A stretch of 53,611 nt of DNA, counting the filler, from Asterionella formosa (lineage: Eukaryota), in the NCBI GenBank assembly GCA_002256025.1. It is 4 parts of 4 records of this genome, joined end to end, with 100 filler letters (N's around TTAATTAATTAA, not from the genome) between each part and the next. Parts side by side here need not be neighbours in the genome. Positions count along the whole stretch, not along the records: positions 26,862 to 40,189 come from NKIB01006789.1; positions 40,290 to 53,611 come from NKIB01006791.1; 2 more parts are not named here. One strand, written 5' to 3'. Below the pieces are notes generated by a model. The model was not told the DNA's origin, made no database searches, and saw only the letters and a program-made list of their open reading frames with translations. Of the stretch, positions 37,199-50,221 are shown one piece after another. Each line of letters starts with the position of its first letter. Positions within the stretch are counted from its first letter, which is position 1. The translations under genes and the position numbers were made by a program.

Positions 37199-40189
37199 TG
37201 GCACTCTGACTACCCGGTACCCCCAGTATATCACTTCCTACCTGCTACTGGTACTCTGTATATATATGATAAAATGTTATTGTCATATGATGTACCGGGG
37301 TACACATGAAGAACTCCTGCCCAAAAAATGGGCTTAAACAATTTGCTACCAAAATCCTTGCGTATAAATAATGATACAAATGGGTTATGACTTACACCAA
37401 TTGAATGGTCTAAATAATTAGTACCAACGAACGTAGAAAATATTGATGCAAACGAATTTCAAAAAAAACAGTACCGGTACACGAAGTCGTGGAAAACAAT
37501 GGACATATGGTGCCATGAATATTTTCGAATTATCTATATGCAAATATGATCATCTCAACAATACCAGACGTTCCATATTGAGAGTGCCTTTGATTTTTAT
37601 AAATGTATGACACTTGATTTATTTATATATTTACAATTTTTATAACTATATACATGGCAAATATATTTGAAATCGTTTTGTCATGTTAACAAACAATGCC
37701 TGCTTCATGAAAAGAAATATCGTAGTAAAGCACATGACAAGAAAGGAAAGTTTACGCAATAACGAAAAACATTGTGGCTTCGACACATTGCGCCTTCGAA
37801 GGATGGATTATGTTTAAGGTAATGAAGCCATCAATGTGGTACTTGGATGACAATCTTTGGGAGGCAGCAGGACAACAACAAATTGTAAACTAAACGCACT
37901 TTTCCTTTTTTCTCAGTTAATTCAACAGCTCGTTTCACTTGTTGGGGAGCACCAATGTAAAACAAAACAAAATTGGTAAGTGCTCTTGTCGTTGGACTTA
38001 TTCACTTCTGATGGAACATAGCTGACGGACACGCCATGTTTACCTTCTCTCAAAGTTAAGCTAACGAAAATGAATCGGTAAGTTTTATTCGGCAACATTG
38101 GAAACCTGAAACTTACTTATTCAAGAATTTACTGACAATTTACTATTACAGACTTATACATCACTTGCTTTGATTTGGCTGTGGTAAGTGAAGCAAGTGA
38201 GAGGATACAATGGAATGGCGTGATGTTGTGTCAGTGTAACATGTCTATCTAACAAGTCATTCCTTCTCATTGTTACTGTAACTGCATAGGACAATAAAAC
38301 CGATCAAACAACGGAATAGTCGGCTAGTTCAGAATGACACTAACAGCAGGGAGAGAGACGCAAAATTAGTAAGGCATTGCTTGGCACAATATTCAGAAAA
38401 GAGGGAAAAAAGGACGAGACAGGAACAATATACATTGACCCGAGTAGAGAGAGAAACATTGGGTCGCTAGCATGTAGAATAATATTTAGCATTGCTTAAT
38501 TGGATAGTTGAATTACGATCCATTTCAATCTTTTTTTACAATGCTTGTGATTAGAATTATGATCATGTTTACGATATATTTACGATGAAACAATTGAAAT
38601 GATAGCATAGAATTGAGCTGATTTTAGGATGCGTTGTAGTAATAATTTACATCGGGCAATCACGAGATTTGAAAATAATATGAGAAGGCTTATGATATTG
38701 ATGAGAAATGTTGTTGATCAGTTGATATACATTGTGTGATGATAATGTTCTTATTATCATTATACTTTAAGGTCGGTAAAATATTACAAAATCATCATAG
38801 TTATAGGATACCTTGATCAGAGATCCTATACGCAAGATAATTTTTATTTGCAGACGATAGCAGGCGATATGTACAAAGAAGAAGCATGAGACTGTCTATT
38901 TATAGTAACAGAGTGGCTGATTCTGGTTTCGTAATTTTCATGTCTCATCAGATTTTCTTTGTCATCATACTAGTTCCTTACCTTTGATGACAGGAGCGTA
39001 TTCTTTGATGTATCTGGAATATTTCAATGGATGGCAGCAGTTGGATTTAGACACAAACCTCGACAAAAGCACAAGTACTTTGTAGATTTTCATGAAAAGC
39101 GAGACACTTTGGCCTATCAAACACCAGCCAGTCTATACTGCAAAAATGCAAGAAGCAAGCACAAGTTGAATGACCATTTATGGATTCAAGTTTCAGTAGT
39201 GCAACAATGTAAAATGTTAGAAAGCGGCAGTCACATTTCATCTTATTACGGTTTTCATTAGCTATTCTAGCTAGTATTGATTGAGAGGAAGCAATGGTAG
39301 AATGGCTGCCAAACGGGCGGGGGCAAACACAGAGAATCCTACTAATTTTTCTTCCCAATGAGCCCAGCCCCTTCTTGAATGTCACTTGTTACAGAAAACG
39401 GAGAGCAGCCGCCATGATCTGTTGATTGTTGCTGTATGATGCCACTGACCAAAACCTCCAGAAATCTCAATGAGTTGGTGCTTGTTTCTTGACTTGAGTG
39501 CAAAAGGGATCGAAACCATTGGAAAAATCGGCAGGGAAATAAAAATGCTCTGCAAACATCAGGACAATTGTGAAAGAGAAATGAAGGTTCTTGGGAGGAG
39601 AAGTAAAGGGATAATTGCTTCTGGTCTTGTGGGAACAAGAATGGATTGACCCAAACAATGTTGACAAATAGGTACCTACGGGAAGAGGAAGCAATGCATT
39701 CGGCATCATCAATCTATACACAAGCCTGTGCCACCTGACGTCGTCAATATAGCTACCTCGACTTCATTAATGAAGAAGTCAATGGGTGAAGCATGTGAGG
39801 AAAATCGGGGCTGAGGTTTTCTTGACGCCAACGTGGGCCTGATTGGCTGAACTTGCAGATGAACGCATTGAGTAACCTGGGCCTGTGAAGCCAAAGGATA
39901 CGGAAAAATCTATGACAAGGGAGGAAGGAGCAAAAGTTATCATAGCTGAACGCATTCAAAACTCGTATAGACAATAAATGGGCTGATGGCATACCATGGC
40001 TGCTCTTGGCTGACAGTTGCCAAGTCAAGTACAAACACAACGAGGAGGGTGCACAAAAGACAGTCCAATTTTGATCGACTGGCTGATACTTAGTTGTGAG
40101 ACTCACCATTCTGCAATGGGGTGGACTTTGATCATTGCTTCGTTCAAAGCGCAATCAATTCGAATGCTGTCCAGTGAAACAGGAGCCAA

Positions 40190-40289
40190 NNNNNNNNNNN
40201 NNNNNNNNNNNNNNNNNNNNNNNNNNNNNNNNNTTAATTAATTAANNNNNNNNNNNNNNNNNNNNNNNNNNNNNNNNNNNNNNNNNNNN
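40190..40289. other. Artificial assembly spacer
   Basis: N44-TTAATTAATTAA-N44. Confidence 0.98.
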
Positions 40290-41340
40290 AACATTAACTA
40301 ATTCAGTCTCGCGTTCAAAATTCATTGTGAAAACTTCACATGAAACAGTTAAAACTTCACATGAAACCGTTAAAAGTAATCTTTTTTACGTGAAGAGTGG
40401 CATTAATGCATGTGAAGTACCACATAATTAACACTCATACGTAGACGAAATTTCGAAAAATGGCGTATTTCGCGGCTTAGATGAGGCTCAGCAAGCAAGG
40501 AAAGTGTCTTCTTGATGGCACCCATGTTGGTGATTCCATTCATCCCAGCACAGAGGACTATACTTTCCTGAGTGTTTGCGGTAAATTTCTAGTTAACAGC
40601 ACCCTGAAAATTTTTCAGTATCTGGATGAAGATACTGATATTCCTGAACAATTCATTAACACAACTACCTATGAAGAAAATTTTTGATTGGCGGATCAGC
40701 AAAGGGACGCAATACCCTTAATGGAAACAGTTCATGCCAAGTCAATGGGTTGACGTTTTGCCGGAATGATGAAACACTGAAGTACTGCAGAGAGCTTATT
40801 GTTGATATTGAACAACAGAACGCAATCGAAAAGGAACAAGTATCAAAAAGTGAGGGTAAGCCCGACATTGAAGGTAGGCAAGAAGTTGACAACACATGAC
40901 TGGGATAATTACAATCAAGAACATAACAAGTTTGTAAGGAATGATCTCATACCTTCGGATACATCCAAGATCGTAAGTTCTACCAACCTCCTTGACTTTG
41001 AAGAAGAGGATAAGGAACTTGGCGATAGTAGTTGGCGGCCATTCAAACATTTCACAAAATAAAAAGATGTTATCTTATAAATAGTAATTAATAGACATTC
41101 CTTATCTGAACCTTCAATCACAAATTTCACAAATTAGTCCATCCTGTTCCATCATGTTGCACTAAGAACGACAAAAACTTTTGACTACGACCACAACAGT
41201 GCCTCCAACCAAAAACCCAGAAACTGAACAAGAACTTGGATGGTCTGAATGGCCGGAGTCACTTAGAAAAGATGTGGAAAGTAGTATGAGCATAAACTAA
41301 GTTAGATTACTAGCACCAACATCTATGAATAAAATTTCCG

Positions 41341-41664
41341 CATTCCCATCTTTCCCTTGTTTCAATACCTGGTCGTAACATGACATGGCTGCAGTAAAAC
41401 TGTACCTATTACTACGCTGGTACTGTGAAACTGCAGTTTTGCCATACCAGCATTCCCTTCTTCCCCTTGTCTCAAAACCCGGTCAGAACATGACGTGGCT
41501 ACAGTGAAACTATACCTATTACTACGCTGGTACTGTGAAACTGTAGGTTTGCCCTACCAGCATTCCCTTCTCTCAATACCTGGTCCGGAACATGACGTGT
41601 GTGGCTACAGTGAAACTGTACCTATTACTACGCTGGTACTATGAAACTGTAGCTTTGCGCTACC
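41341..41664. repeat. Tandem repeat, 3 units of ~110 bp
   Basis: CATTCCC..AACATGAC.TGGCT.CAGT.AAACT.TACCTATTACTACGCTGGTACT.TGAAACTG starts at 41341, 41451 and 41561. Confidence 0.93.
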
Positions 41665-41729
41665 AATCTAATGTCTATTACTGAGTATGTTGGTGCTGCG
41701 TGACGAAAGCTATAACTGGTGAACAACGT

Positions 41730-42845
41730 GAATTGGTTTCTTCTGTTGTCTACCATATACCCAAGTTCCATGGAATGACTCATTATCCTCATTTGATTAA
41801 ATAAATTTGGAACACCTATCAACTTCTTTGGTGGTTTCCTGGAATCATTCTTGAAAGAGAAATTAAAACGGCCAAGTAAACGAGTCAATGGTCATACACA
41901 TCGTCTCCTACATGATATATTATTGAGGAGTTATGAAGGAAGACAATATTCACTCGCCAGGAAAGTTCTCTTCCCCAGTGTTTACGCCATGTCACTTTTG
42001 GTGAGGGACGGAGGTACTGATACAGTTCAATCAGATGAATCTGAATTTGAAGATACAAATTCGATAAATACTAGAAGGGAAGCAGAGGCATCCATTGTTG
42101 TGAAACCCAAACAATTACCTTTCTCAGCGGAGAAAGACCAACGTGGAATTTGTTACATTTCCGGCGGTATTAAACAACTGTGTACACAACGAAAACGCTC
42201 AGATGGGACAGTATACTACCGCTTGTTTCACCCAGACAACGAACATGGTTAACCTGCCGTTCAGAACTTTGTAAATTCTGCGGTACAGCGGTGCAAGGAC
42301 AAAAATTCTACTGGAACTACGTCTGTAGAGATAGATCGGATCAATTTCTTTTATCCAAAGATGACGGTACGAAAAGAATTTTAAGATGTAATCCAAAATG
42401 GAACAAACAGGACAAGAGTCTTCATCAATCAAATTCTTGGTTTGATTGGGTTGAAGTGAATTGGGAAAGTCGAAATGGGAAAAATTACAGTGTACCAGCA
42501 AAATTGCTTTTATAGGGTAACGTCGTTTATTCAGATGGAACTGAAACACTTGTTGCATCTATATGTTCTTTGAGGAGTACCACCGTCATGCCAGCCCATC
42601 ATCACATGTTTTTTGCTACAGGTGATTACATTTGTGATGATTAGACTGGATTAAGCGTTGTTGAGCATAACAACATTCTTTCCACAGAATCTGTAGTCCC
42701 AGCTTCAGCACCAGCTACAATCAGTAAATGTATGAGTACACGAGAAACCGTTGAAGCCATGGAAAATACAGATTATTATATTGCATTACCACCACGAAAT
42801 CAATGGGAATGGATTGGTTGAGATATTCCTTTAAGTACAGAGAAG
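41730..42845 (+). pseudogene. C-terminal half of a Plavaka/CACTA-like transposase
   Basis: HIPKFHGMTHYPHLI..KFGTPINFFGGFLESFLKEKLKRPSKRVN matches the Plavaka 'PKxH..HY..IxxFG...E' block. ILRCNPKW..SWFDWVEVNW..VPAKLL follows. Several stops and frameshifts. Confidence 0.75.
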
Positions 42846-42918
42846 TAGCACTAATCGTCACAATACAAATTATTACGAATATACTTCAACATTTAATAAC
42901 TGCCTCCGAATTCATAGT

Positions 42919-45305
42919 TTACTTATCTTTATGATTTTCCTTTTTTGGAGAACCTGAAGATGAAAATGAACTGTCATCATCCAATGATTCTTCCGAAGAT
43001 TTCAAGAAACTCTTGAAATATTTGTATAGCATATCATGCTGGCTGTCATTCAGGAGAACAGCATACCTGCTCACTTTCTGCATGCCCTCAGCAACAACGA
43101 CAGCACGTTTGTATTCTTTTTCAAAATTCAAGGCTTCTTTATTACCATGCCAATGGTAAGATTCTACGGGATGATGAACCATTTTACTAAGATACGTCAG
43201 TTCAGTTGTACTTAACATCGGAGATAACTCGATTTCAGGATTGAACTCCATTGCTGCAACTTTGTCACAACATGAACCCACAATGATGTTGAGAACATAT
43301 ACCATAACTGCATCTTCAACATCATTTTCTGGCTTACCAGGAAATGACCATCCATTTGATTTTCACCCTTAAATTTCATTTTCAGAAATGTATCCCAACC
43401 ATCCTTTGTTAAACGTGACTCACTTCGTTTCCCCATAAAATCAGTTTCTCCCCTGTATCCTAGTTGTAGTAGTAATTCCATAAACTTCACAATTGTAAAG
43501 GGACCACATGACCATCCACCATTCTTTGGTTGGTTGGCTGGAAAATCTTTGAATCTGAATGTTTTGCTATAAAACATTTCAGAGGGCCTTTCCCACGGAA
43601 ACCACCGCCCACCTTAAATTGAGGTTCACCGTCGGTGTAACCTCGGATTTTTGGTATCTCACTGAATGTTTTCAGAAAACTCTCTCGACATTCTGATCGA
43701 GCCTTCTTCGTGCCAGATTTCCATTTTTCGAACTTGGTTTTGAATTTGACCATAGCTTTGGAGGGAATAATTTCTTTGTTAATATCTACACCAGGGCAAA
43801 TACGATATTTGCGTGCAATCTCGTGAATGCATTTCAAATGACTTTTCAAACTAATTCCATGTTCAGGATCACCTACTTCAACGTTGCCTTCATTTAGATC
43901 AAAACAATATAGAACATAATGTTGATGATGTCGTGTTTGTAAATAAATCACAATAAGGAATTCAATGGAGGGTTGGAGATAAAAACTGTTAGATGGATAA
44001 GGACGTTCAGTATTCCAGTCATTTCTGTCTTGAGATTCAACAATTACATGAATGTTTGAGGGATGCAGTTCATGAACAATGACCTTGACAATGGCGGTCA
44101 CAATTTCATTATCCCAATATGCACAATTGTCCAGTTCAATACGATTGTCCCTGTACTGCTTCTCTGACAATTTAAGGGAATACTCATTCCTGCAATATTG
44201 ACGTACTTCTGAGGTTGGCCGAGAGTATGTATTGTAGTAAAGCTTATGTGCCTCCGGACCCAATGGAAGTGGGAACCGGAAAGGTGAATCAAATACTTGG
44301 CAATTAGCGCAGAATGGTCAGGACATGCTTTCCACAAAAAACAAGAGGGTGAAACACTGTTAAGGTGAACGTTGAAACATTCCAATTTGTCACCATATCC
44401 TGAAAAAGCAGCTGCTACCTTCCCCTTTATCGATTTTTTCGATACAAGTAATTGATGTATTTCTTCACTTCTCCTCGCTCTTTCGCATGGGTATTTATGC
44501 ATTCCTTCATCAAATAATTTCAATAATGATTTATCCTTACAGGATAAATCATTTATCTCCTTGACCTGCTCAATTACTGTCCCAGTGACTGCAACAGTTT
44601 CGGAAATCTTTGGTAAGTAGTCATGAATTACATCCAGACTGGCGACCATGTCCTGTTTCAATATTTCCAACTCCTTACTGGATAAATGGGACAAATCACT
44701 TTCCTCCTCGACCTGTTTTTTAAAATTTACTTTCCCAATCACTCCTACAGTTTCGGAACTCTTTGGTGACAAGTCATGGACTGCTTCTTCCGGATTGGCA
44801 ACCATGTCTGGAGTTGCCTTTAATTTACATTTTGCATTTGCTTTGGAAGGGGGAGATTTTATATCAATTCTATCAGATTCGATTCTCTCAATTAGACGCT
44901 CTGAGGAAGTAGAAACAAGATCTCCCATGGGCATACAAGCAACACGATCTTTACTTCTTGGAATGGTATTGGGAGAAGATGAACTGGCATCAATTATTTC
45001 GTTTTCACTCGTCTGTGTCAATGCATAAACGGAGAATACACATCGTCGGTGATCTTTATTTGGAACGACAGATATGACTAATTCCATCGGCTCATCAGGA
45101 AAAATAGTTTCTCAATTTAGGCGATGCTTCTCAAATGTGGTCGTAATGGTGCACAGAAGCTTGTTCCTTTTTTCTTCTGTATCAATACCAGCACCAACAA
45201 TATTAGTAAAAATACAGGGATCATTTGAAACGCCCCAATAACAACAGAGAAGTTTATCAACATCATTGGACTCATTTCGACAACCATTGTTGCTGCACGA
45301 AATTG
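42919..45305 (-). pseudogene. Near full-length Ulp1/C48-like cysteine protease gene, split by about three frameshifts
   Basis: Overlapping ORFs 44098-45087, 43487-44263, 43212-43577 and 42919-43305. Catalytic-type motifs occur in order: HYVL, GDP, QPKNGGWSCGPF. Confidence 0.7.
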
Positions 45306-46821
45306 GAATCAGCTATTGATTGAATAATGGTTCTGGTACCCTCATAAATATTTTAGACTTCTTCGGAGTGGCGAGAACATATGGGTGGGACAAGCTACAC
45401 TACGTATATATGAGCTATATAAATGAAGCAGTCACTTTGTGGAAAGTATGTGTGTGGCAATGGGGTTAGGCTGTCCTATGTTGTGCCTCTGATGTTGCCG
45501 ATAAAGAGATTTCTTAAAACAATGGGATAGTGCAATGTTATTAAGCAAAGTTTCGATTGTTATTTCGAACTTCCTGCTATTCAAGGTTCATGTGATGCTA
45601 CTATTTCCTGAATGAAATGAAGCTGCTTCCTGGTTAGTGATGTCGCGGCTCTAATTCTGCAGCATACAAACGTGCTCGCCAATAGCTAGGCAATGAGAAT
45701 GGAAGACCCATGATTAAGGCCATGAGCAACAAACTGCACCGCCATCTGGTCCATCTTCACTTTAATCCACATCTCATCTTGAAGAATAGATTCGACATAC
45801 GGATCAATGTTCGCAATGGGCGAATTATAATCAAAAGGTACTATCTTCTTGATTTCGGTTGGAATTGGAATCGGGTATGGCCTTCAATGCATTGTTCTCC
45901 AATTCTGTCGTATAAATTGACCAAAGCTTTTGATTTCGATTAACAAACAAACAATCAAACTTCGCCAGCATAAGCAATTCCCCATCAATATCGAGACCTC
46001 ATCATTCGTTGTAAGACTGAGATCATCGTCGTCCCCGCAAGAGGAAGGTAGCTTGCAAGGGATTGTTCAACAAACATACATGGCTTGCTTGTAAGAAATT
46101 CGATTACTGATATGCAAATGGAGAGATAATGACGAATACTACTGGTACAAGAATTGGATCAAAGCATGAACCGGTAGAGCATTCAAATCGGAATGGCAAC
46201 AAGGAACGCACCGTTGTTGCACAGAATTCATTCTGATAGCATCGTCGGGTACAAGGTTTACATACACGTAAGGTGATCTGTGTAAAGTCATAACCTTCGC
46301 TAAAACAAAAATTGATCAAAGAGCAACAGCTATTGATCAATCAAACAACGTATCAATATATCAAAACATGTGGTTAGCAGATAAGTTTTGATAACTAATA
46401 TATATTACTTCTATCTATGCGTAACCTGACTTGTGTAAGCAAATAATCTGACAAACAAATTTGATTGACCACACCAACACGGTCATTGATATATCAAAAT
46501 TATCATCAACATAACACAACATTTGATCTATATATCAGCAATTTGGATTAACCGATTAGATTTGGTAACTAATATATATGAGTTCATATATACGCATAAC
46601 CTAACGTGTGTATGCTAGTAACCTAAAGTACAAATTTGATTGATCATACAGACATGGCCGTTGATATATCAAAATTATCATCAACATATAAAAATATTTG
46701 AATAATCAATCAGTTTTTAACCTATGCTGAGTAAAACGTTAGATCTAATGGAACATCTATTCACAGACGCTGTCCACTACTAACCAATCATAAATGCCAG
46801 TCTATTCATCCAAAACAATCA

Positions 46822-47452
46822 ATGGCAGAGCATATTAGACAGAGTATAAAACCTCCCAAATATAAAGAATACCTTACTGCTAAATACGGCAGGGAAAGGG
46901 TGTGCACTACTAGTGAGACATTTGTTAGCAGCGCAGACGCGCAGACAATGATCACCATATATATACATACACAGATGGTTAGCAAAAGGAGTCCGGCAAC
47001 ACATGATATATCAGGGCATTGGAACTTGTCTGATATGTGGAGACAAGAGACAAACGAACACACATGATGGTATGTAAGCACCCCAAATATCAATGTTATC
47101 GAGAACTACGCCTCACAGAAATGACAACGAAGGTACAGAACTCAAAGGAAAGCAAATGCATATCACCAGTATGCATAGAAAGGAGGAGTTCCAACTGTGT
47201 TTTGCGTCATGCACTTCAGCGAAAACAAAATGTCGAATACAACAGGCAATACAACAACAAAATAAAATGGGAGAAATTCTGACACCAAGAGGGTATCTTA
47301 GTATCCAACAGAAAAAGTTGAGAGGATCAACCGTGTGGGATGAAGATTGGAGGAGGAAAAAAGACAAGACTCCCATGCAAGTGACAGGTGGACGAATCGC
47401 CAAAGTTCTGCACATGCTGCTGCTTTGCACCGTCCCAGAAACCAAAGCGTGA
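46822..47452 (+). mobile_element. 3' fragment of a non-LTR retrotransposon (LINE) ORF with CCHC zinc knuckle
   Basis: Across frameshifts it reads YKEYLTAKYG, IHRWLAKG..CLICGD.ET..HMMVC and IQQAIQQQNKMG..RGYLS. This fits the W-L-x-x-G...C-x2-C...E-T-x-x-H-x3-C pattern of LINE C-termini. Confidence 0.55.
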
Positions 47453-48639
47453 TGTTTGTCGCCATTTTAATTTGGAGGATTGTTGTGTGTGAATGTGTCT
47501 GCATTTTAGGGCGTTGCGAGAGTCTGGGTTGGTGGTATCAAATTCTTTGTTTGCTGACTATTATGTTCGTTTTATTGGTCGAAATAACGAGAAAAAATTG
47601 AGCAAAAACTCCAAAATAATCTTGCAGCACAAACTAGTAGTAGTTTTCTGTTAAAGGATTGGTGAACCTTACTAACAAAAGATCGACCCAATTATAAATG
47701 GTTCTGGACTAGAAAAACCCGTGTCCTCAGGATCTAGCTCATCTACATTAAAGGCATTCTCTCATTGGATAGCGACAAAGAATAATACTCTTAGGAGGTT
47801 TCTCTAGCTGAAATGGTTGAAAGTAATCTTTTTCACGTGACTGGGCCATCAATGCTGCGCTCGTGTATGGTATGATTTGGACCAGAGTTACCACATTTGG
47901 TCAACACGAACACAAATATTTGGGTTATGAGTGCAATTTTTTTGTTATAATACACATGACAGAGAGCGCACCCATTATCTCCTACAGGAAGATTGGAGGA
48001 TGTGAATTCTTGCTGTCATTCTTAATGAAAGAATTTTGAATGTAGCATCAACAATTCTTCTCACTTTTTCATTTCATTTTGAAGAAAGCATGTGAAAGCA
48101 AATGATCTAGTCAAGAATTCTTGTTGCTACCGGAAGTGAAGTGAAGGTATCGAAGACAATAAAGTGCTCATTTTAGGATGCACAATGGAAAGAATGTGTG
48201 ACTAGAAGCATGAACATATATTATGAAATTGTAATCCATGTTATTAGATTTGTATTTACTATGATTGTTCGAACATGATAATTTTTGGACCAATGGCAGG
48301 AGTTTCTTAGATCAGTAGAAATAAACATTAGGTCGGAAGCGAAAATATGATTTGAACAAAGCATTCTAAGAGCATAATTGATTTGATAGAACCAATTCTA
48401 TTTTAGATAATAGATTGGAAAATCATTTGATAATAAAGGAAGAGACCTGTGTTAACAACAAAGCCATTGTTTGATCAAATAGTTTGCAAATGAACTGATA
48501 TATACATATATAATCAATTATAATAAAGGCAGCAGTTCACTCCTTTTTGGAACATGAAAGATCTAAAACATATTTTAACTATATGGGTATAATCATTTAC
48601 ATCCATAAATTATTGATCAATATTTTTTATGTATGCTGA

Positions 48640-49900
48640 TCAATAACAAAAAGATACATCATACTGTGATAATTTTGGGGCAGTCGATAATATAGAAAAA
48701 GTGATAGGCCTAAAACTTCTTTCATTTATAGAAGTTTGTATCTCCATCAATGGGACTGGCACTAGAAGACACACCGTTTCCCACGGGATTGCTTTGTTGG
48801 TTCCTCTTATCCGTAATAAGCAACCATAGGACTCAACCCCTTCTTGTAGAGAGCCATCTGTTCCGGCCCAAAAAGAAAGAGGGCCTAAGAAATGACTCTC
48901 CATCCAGATTAAGCCTGACATGGTACAATAACCTTTGCAGATTTATGGGGAGCAAAGTTATATATGTTGGAAATGTCGAGGCAGATCTCGCAGGATCCGC
49001 AACCTTTGGGACTAATTTGTTTCGAAATCATGTCATCCTCCAGGCTAATTTAGTTCTAACGTTTCTCGGACGAGCATTCTTTGGCGGACAAGGGTGTCAA
49101 GTAACAGACCCCTCAGGCTGTGGATTGGTAGCTAGCCTGGAAGTGGCCACATGATCATGAAGTACCCATCTCCCAAAGGAGCTCTGCTACAAAATTATTT
49201 GTTCTGAGGAGGAAAACAAAATGTCCAATGCTGCAGGGGTGTACCTGTATATTTTCCAAGTTCTTTGGTGTAGAAAAAGCATGTCAGTAGAGTGTGATTT
49301 TAATACACCTTTCAGAAGAACCAGGCCAGGAGAATGGCGATTTTCGATCCTTCATCTTGATTCAATGAAAATCTCAGGTCATAGCCTAGTTGCTTCTGCT
49401 GAGACAATATCTGCAAGGTACATACTGCAACAGCCAGTTTTCATGGAACATCTTGTATTCACTGATTTTCGTTTCCATGAAGACCTCCATGATGAGGCAA
49501 TCGTGTTGACATTGAAGCTGAAGTGTCCAGGAATCAATTGTTAACATACTAACATCTTTCTTTGCTAGGAAGTGACAAACATTTGTGATCCATGCTTGCG
49601 TCACAAACAAGAGCGCTGTGGCCAGGCAGAGTAGAGCAATATGTCCTCGGACCGCCCAGATTCTAATTGAGTTGCTCGAACAGAGATTTTTATCAGAGAT
49701 ACTGTCATCCACAGCATACAGATGATGAATTAGATGAGTGATGCCCCTAAAGCCCTGTTCTACTATGGTATTATCACCCATGTTGAGGCCAACTATAGGT
49801 GTTGGGAGATAGTAGTACCCTGCCATTGTTTTTCTTTATTTTGGCATTTCAATTGCTGGGTTTGACCTGCATGCGACATGGAAAGCCAAGCTTCCATTGT
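48640..49900 (-). mobile_element. Degraded LINE ORF fragment (post-RT region plus RNase H-like start)
   Basis: VEQG..ITHLIHHL, AWITNVCHFL, LQLQCQHDCLIMEVF, MYLADIVSAEA, then AGTDGSLQEG.ESYG..PIDGD (RNase H-like). Many stops. Confidence 0.55.
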
Positions 49901-50221
49901 GGGCTGGGATAAAAGAATTGTTCTTTGAGTTCTTGAAACTTCAACAAGGTTAATTTTAAAAATGAGTTGCAAATTAAAAGTGTTGATTTACAAGTATATA
50001 TTGTGTTTGGAATGAAAAAATCATGTGATGTAATTTGAATTTTGCTCCTATTAATGTTTCCTGCTTCTCAAGTCAAAAAAATAATAAATTCAAAGTGTTA
50101 CTAATATTTTTCCAAAACCAATAAATATTGTGTTGGGAACAAATGGGATTAAGTAATAGCCTTGGAAATTCTCTTCCCATGAGAAATGACATTCAAAATG
50201 CAGAAAGGAATCAAATAGCAT

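Larger units (their letters stand above)
41730..46772. mobile_element. Plavaka/CACTA-like element (copy C): transposase 3' half (+), convergent Ulp1-like gene (-), AT-rich arm
   Basis: High nucleotide similarity to copy A over ~2.8 kb; protein similarity to copy B. Confidence 0.78.

Noticed and set aside
38990..40189. Higher-GC segment with many short ORFs
   Set aside because: Looks like degraded coding or TE sequence, but no frame or family can be supported.
40481..41062. Chain of plus-strand ORF fragments
   Set aside because: Possibly a frameshifted cargo gene end; no motif recognised.
22505..46772. Giant inverted repeat delimiting a ~24-kb element such as a Polinton or endogenous virus
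   Set aside because: The arms lie on different contigs separated by artificial spacers, and no polB, capsid, ATPase or integrase motifs were seen.
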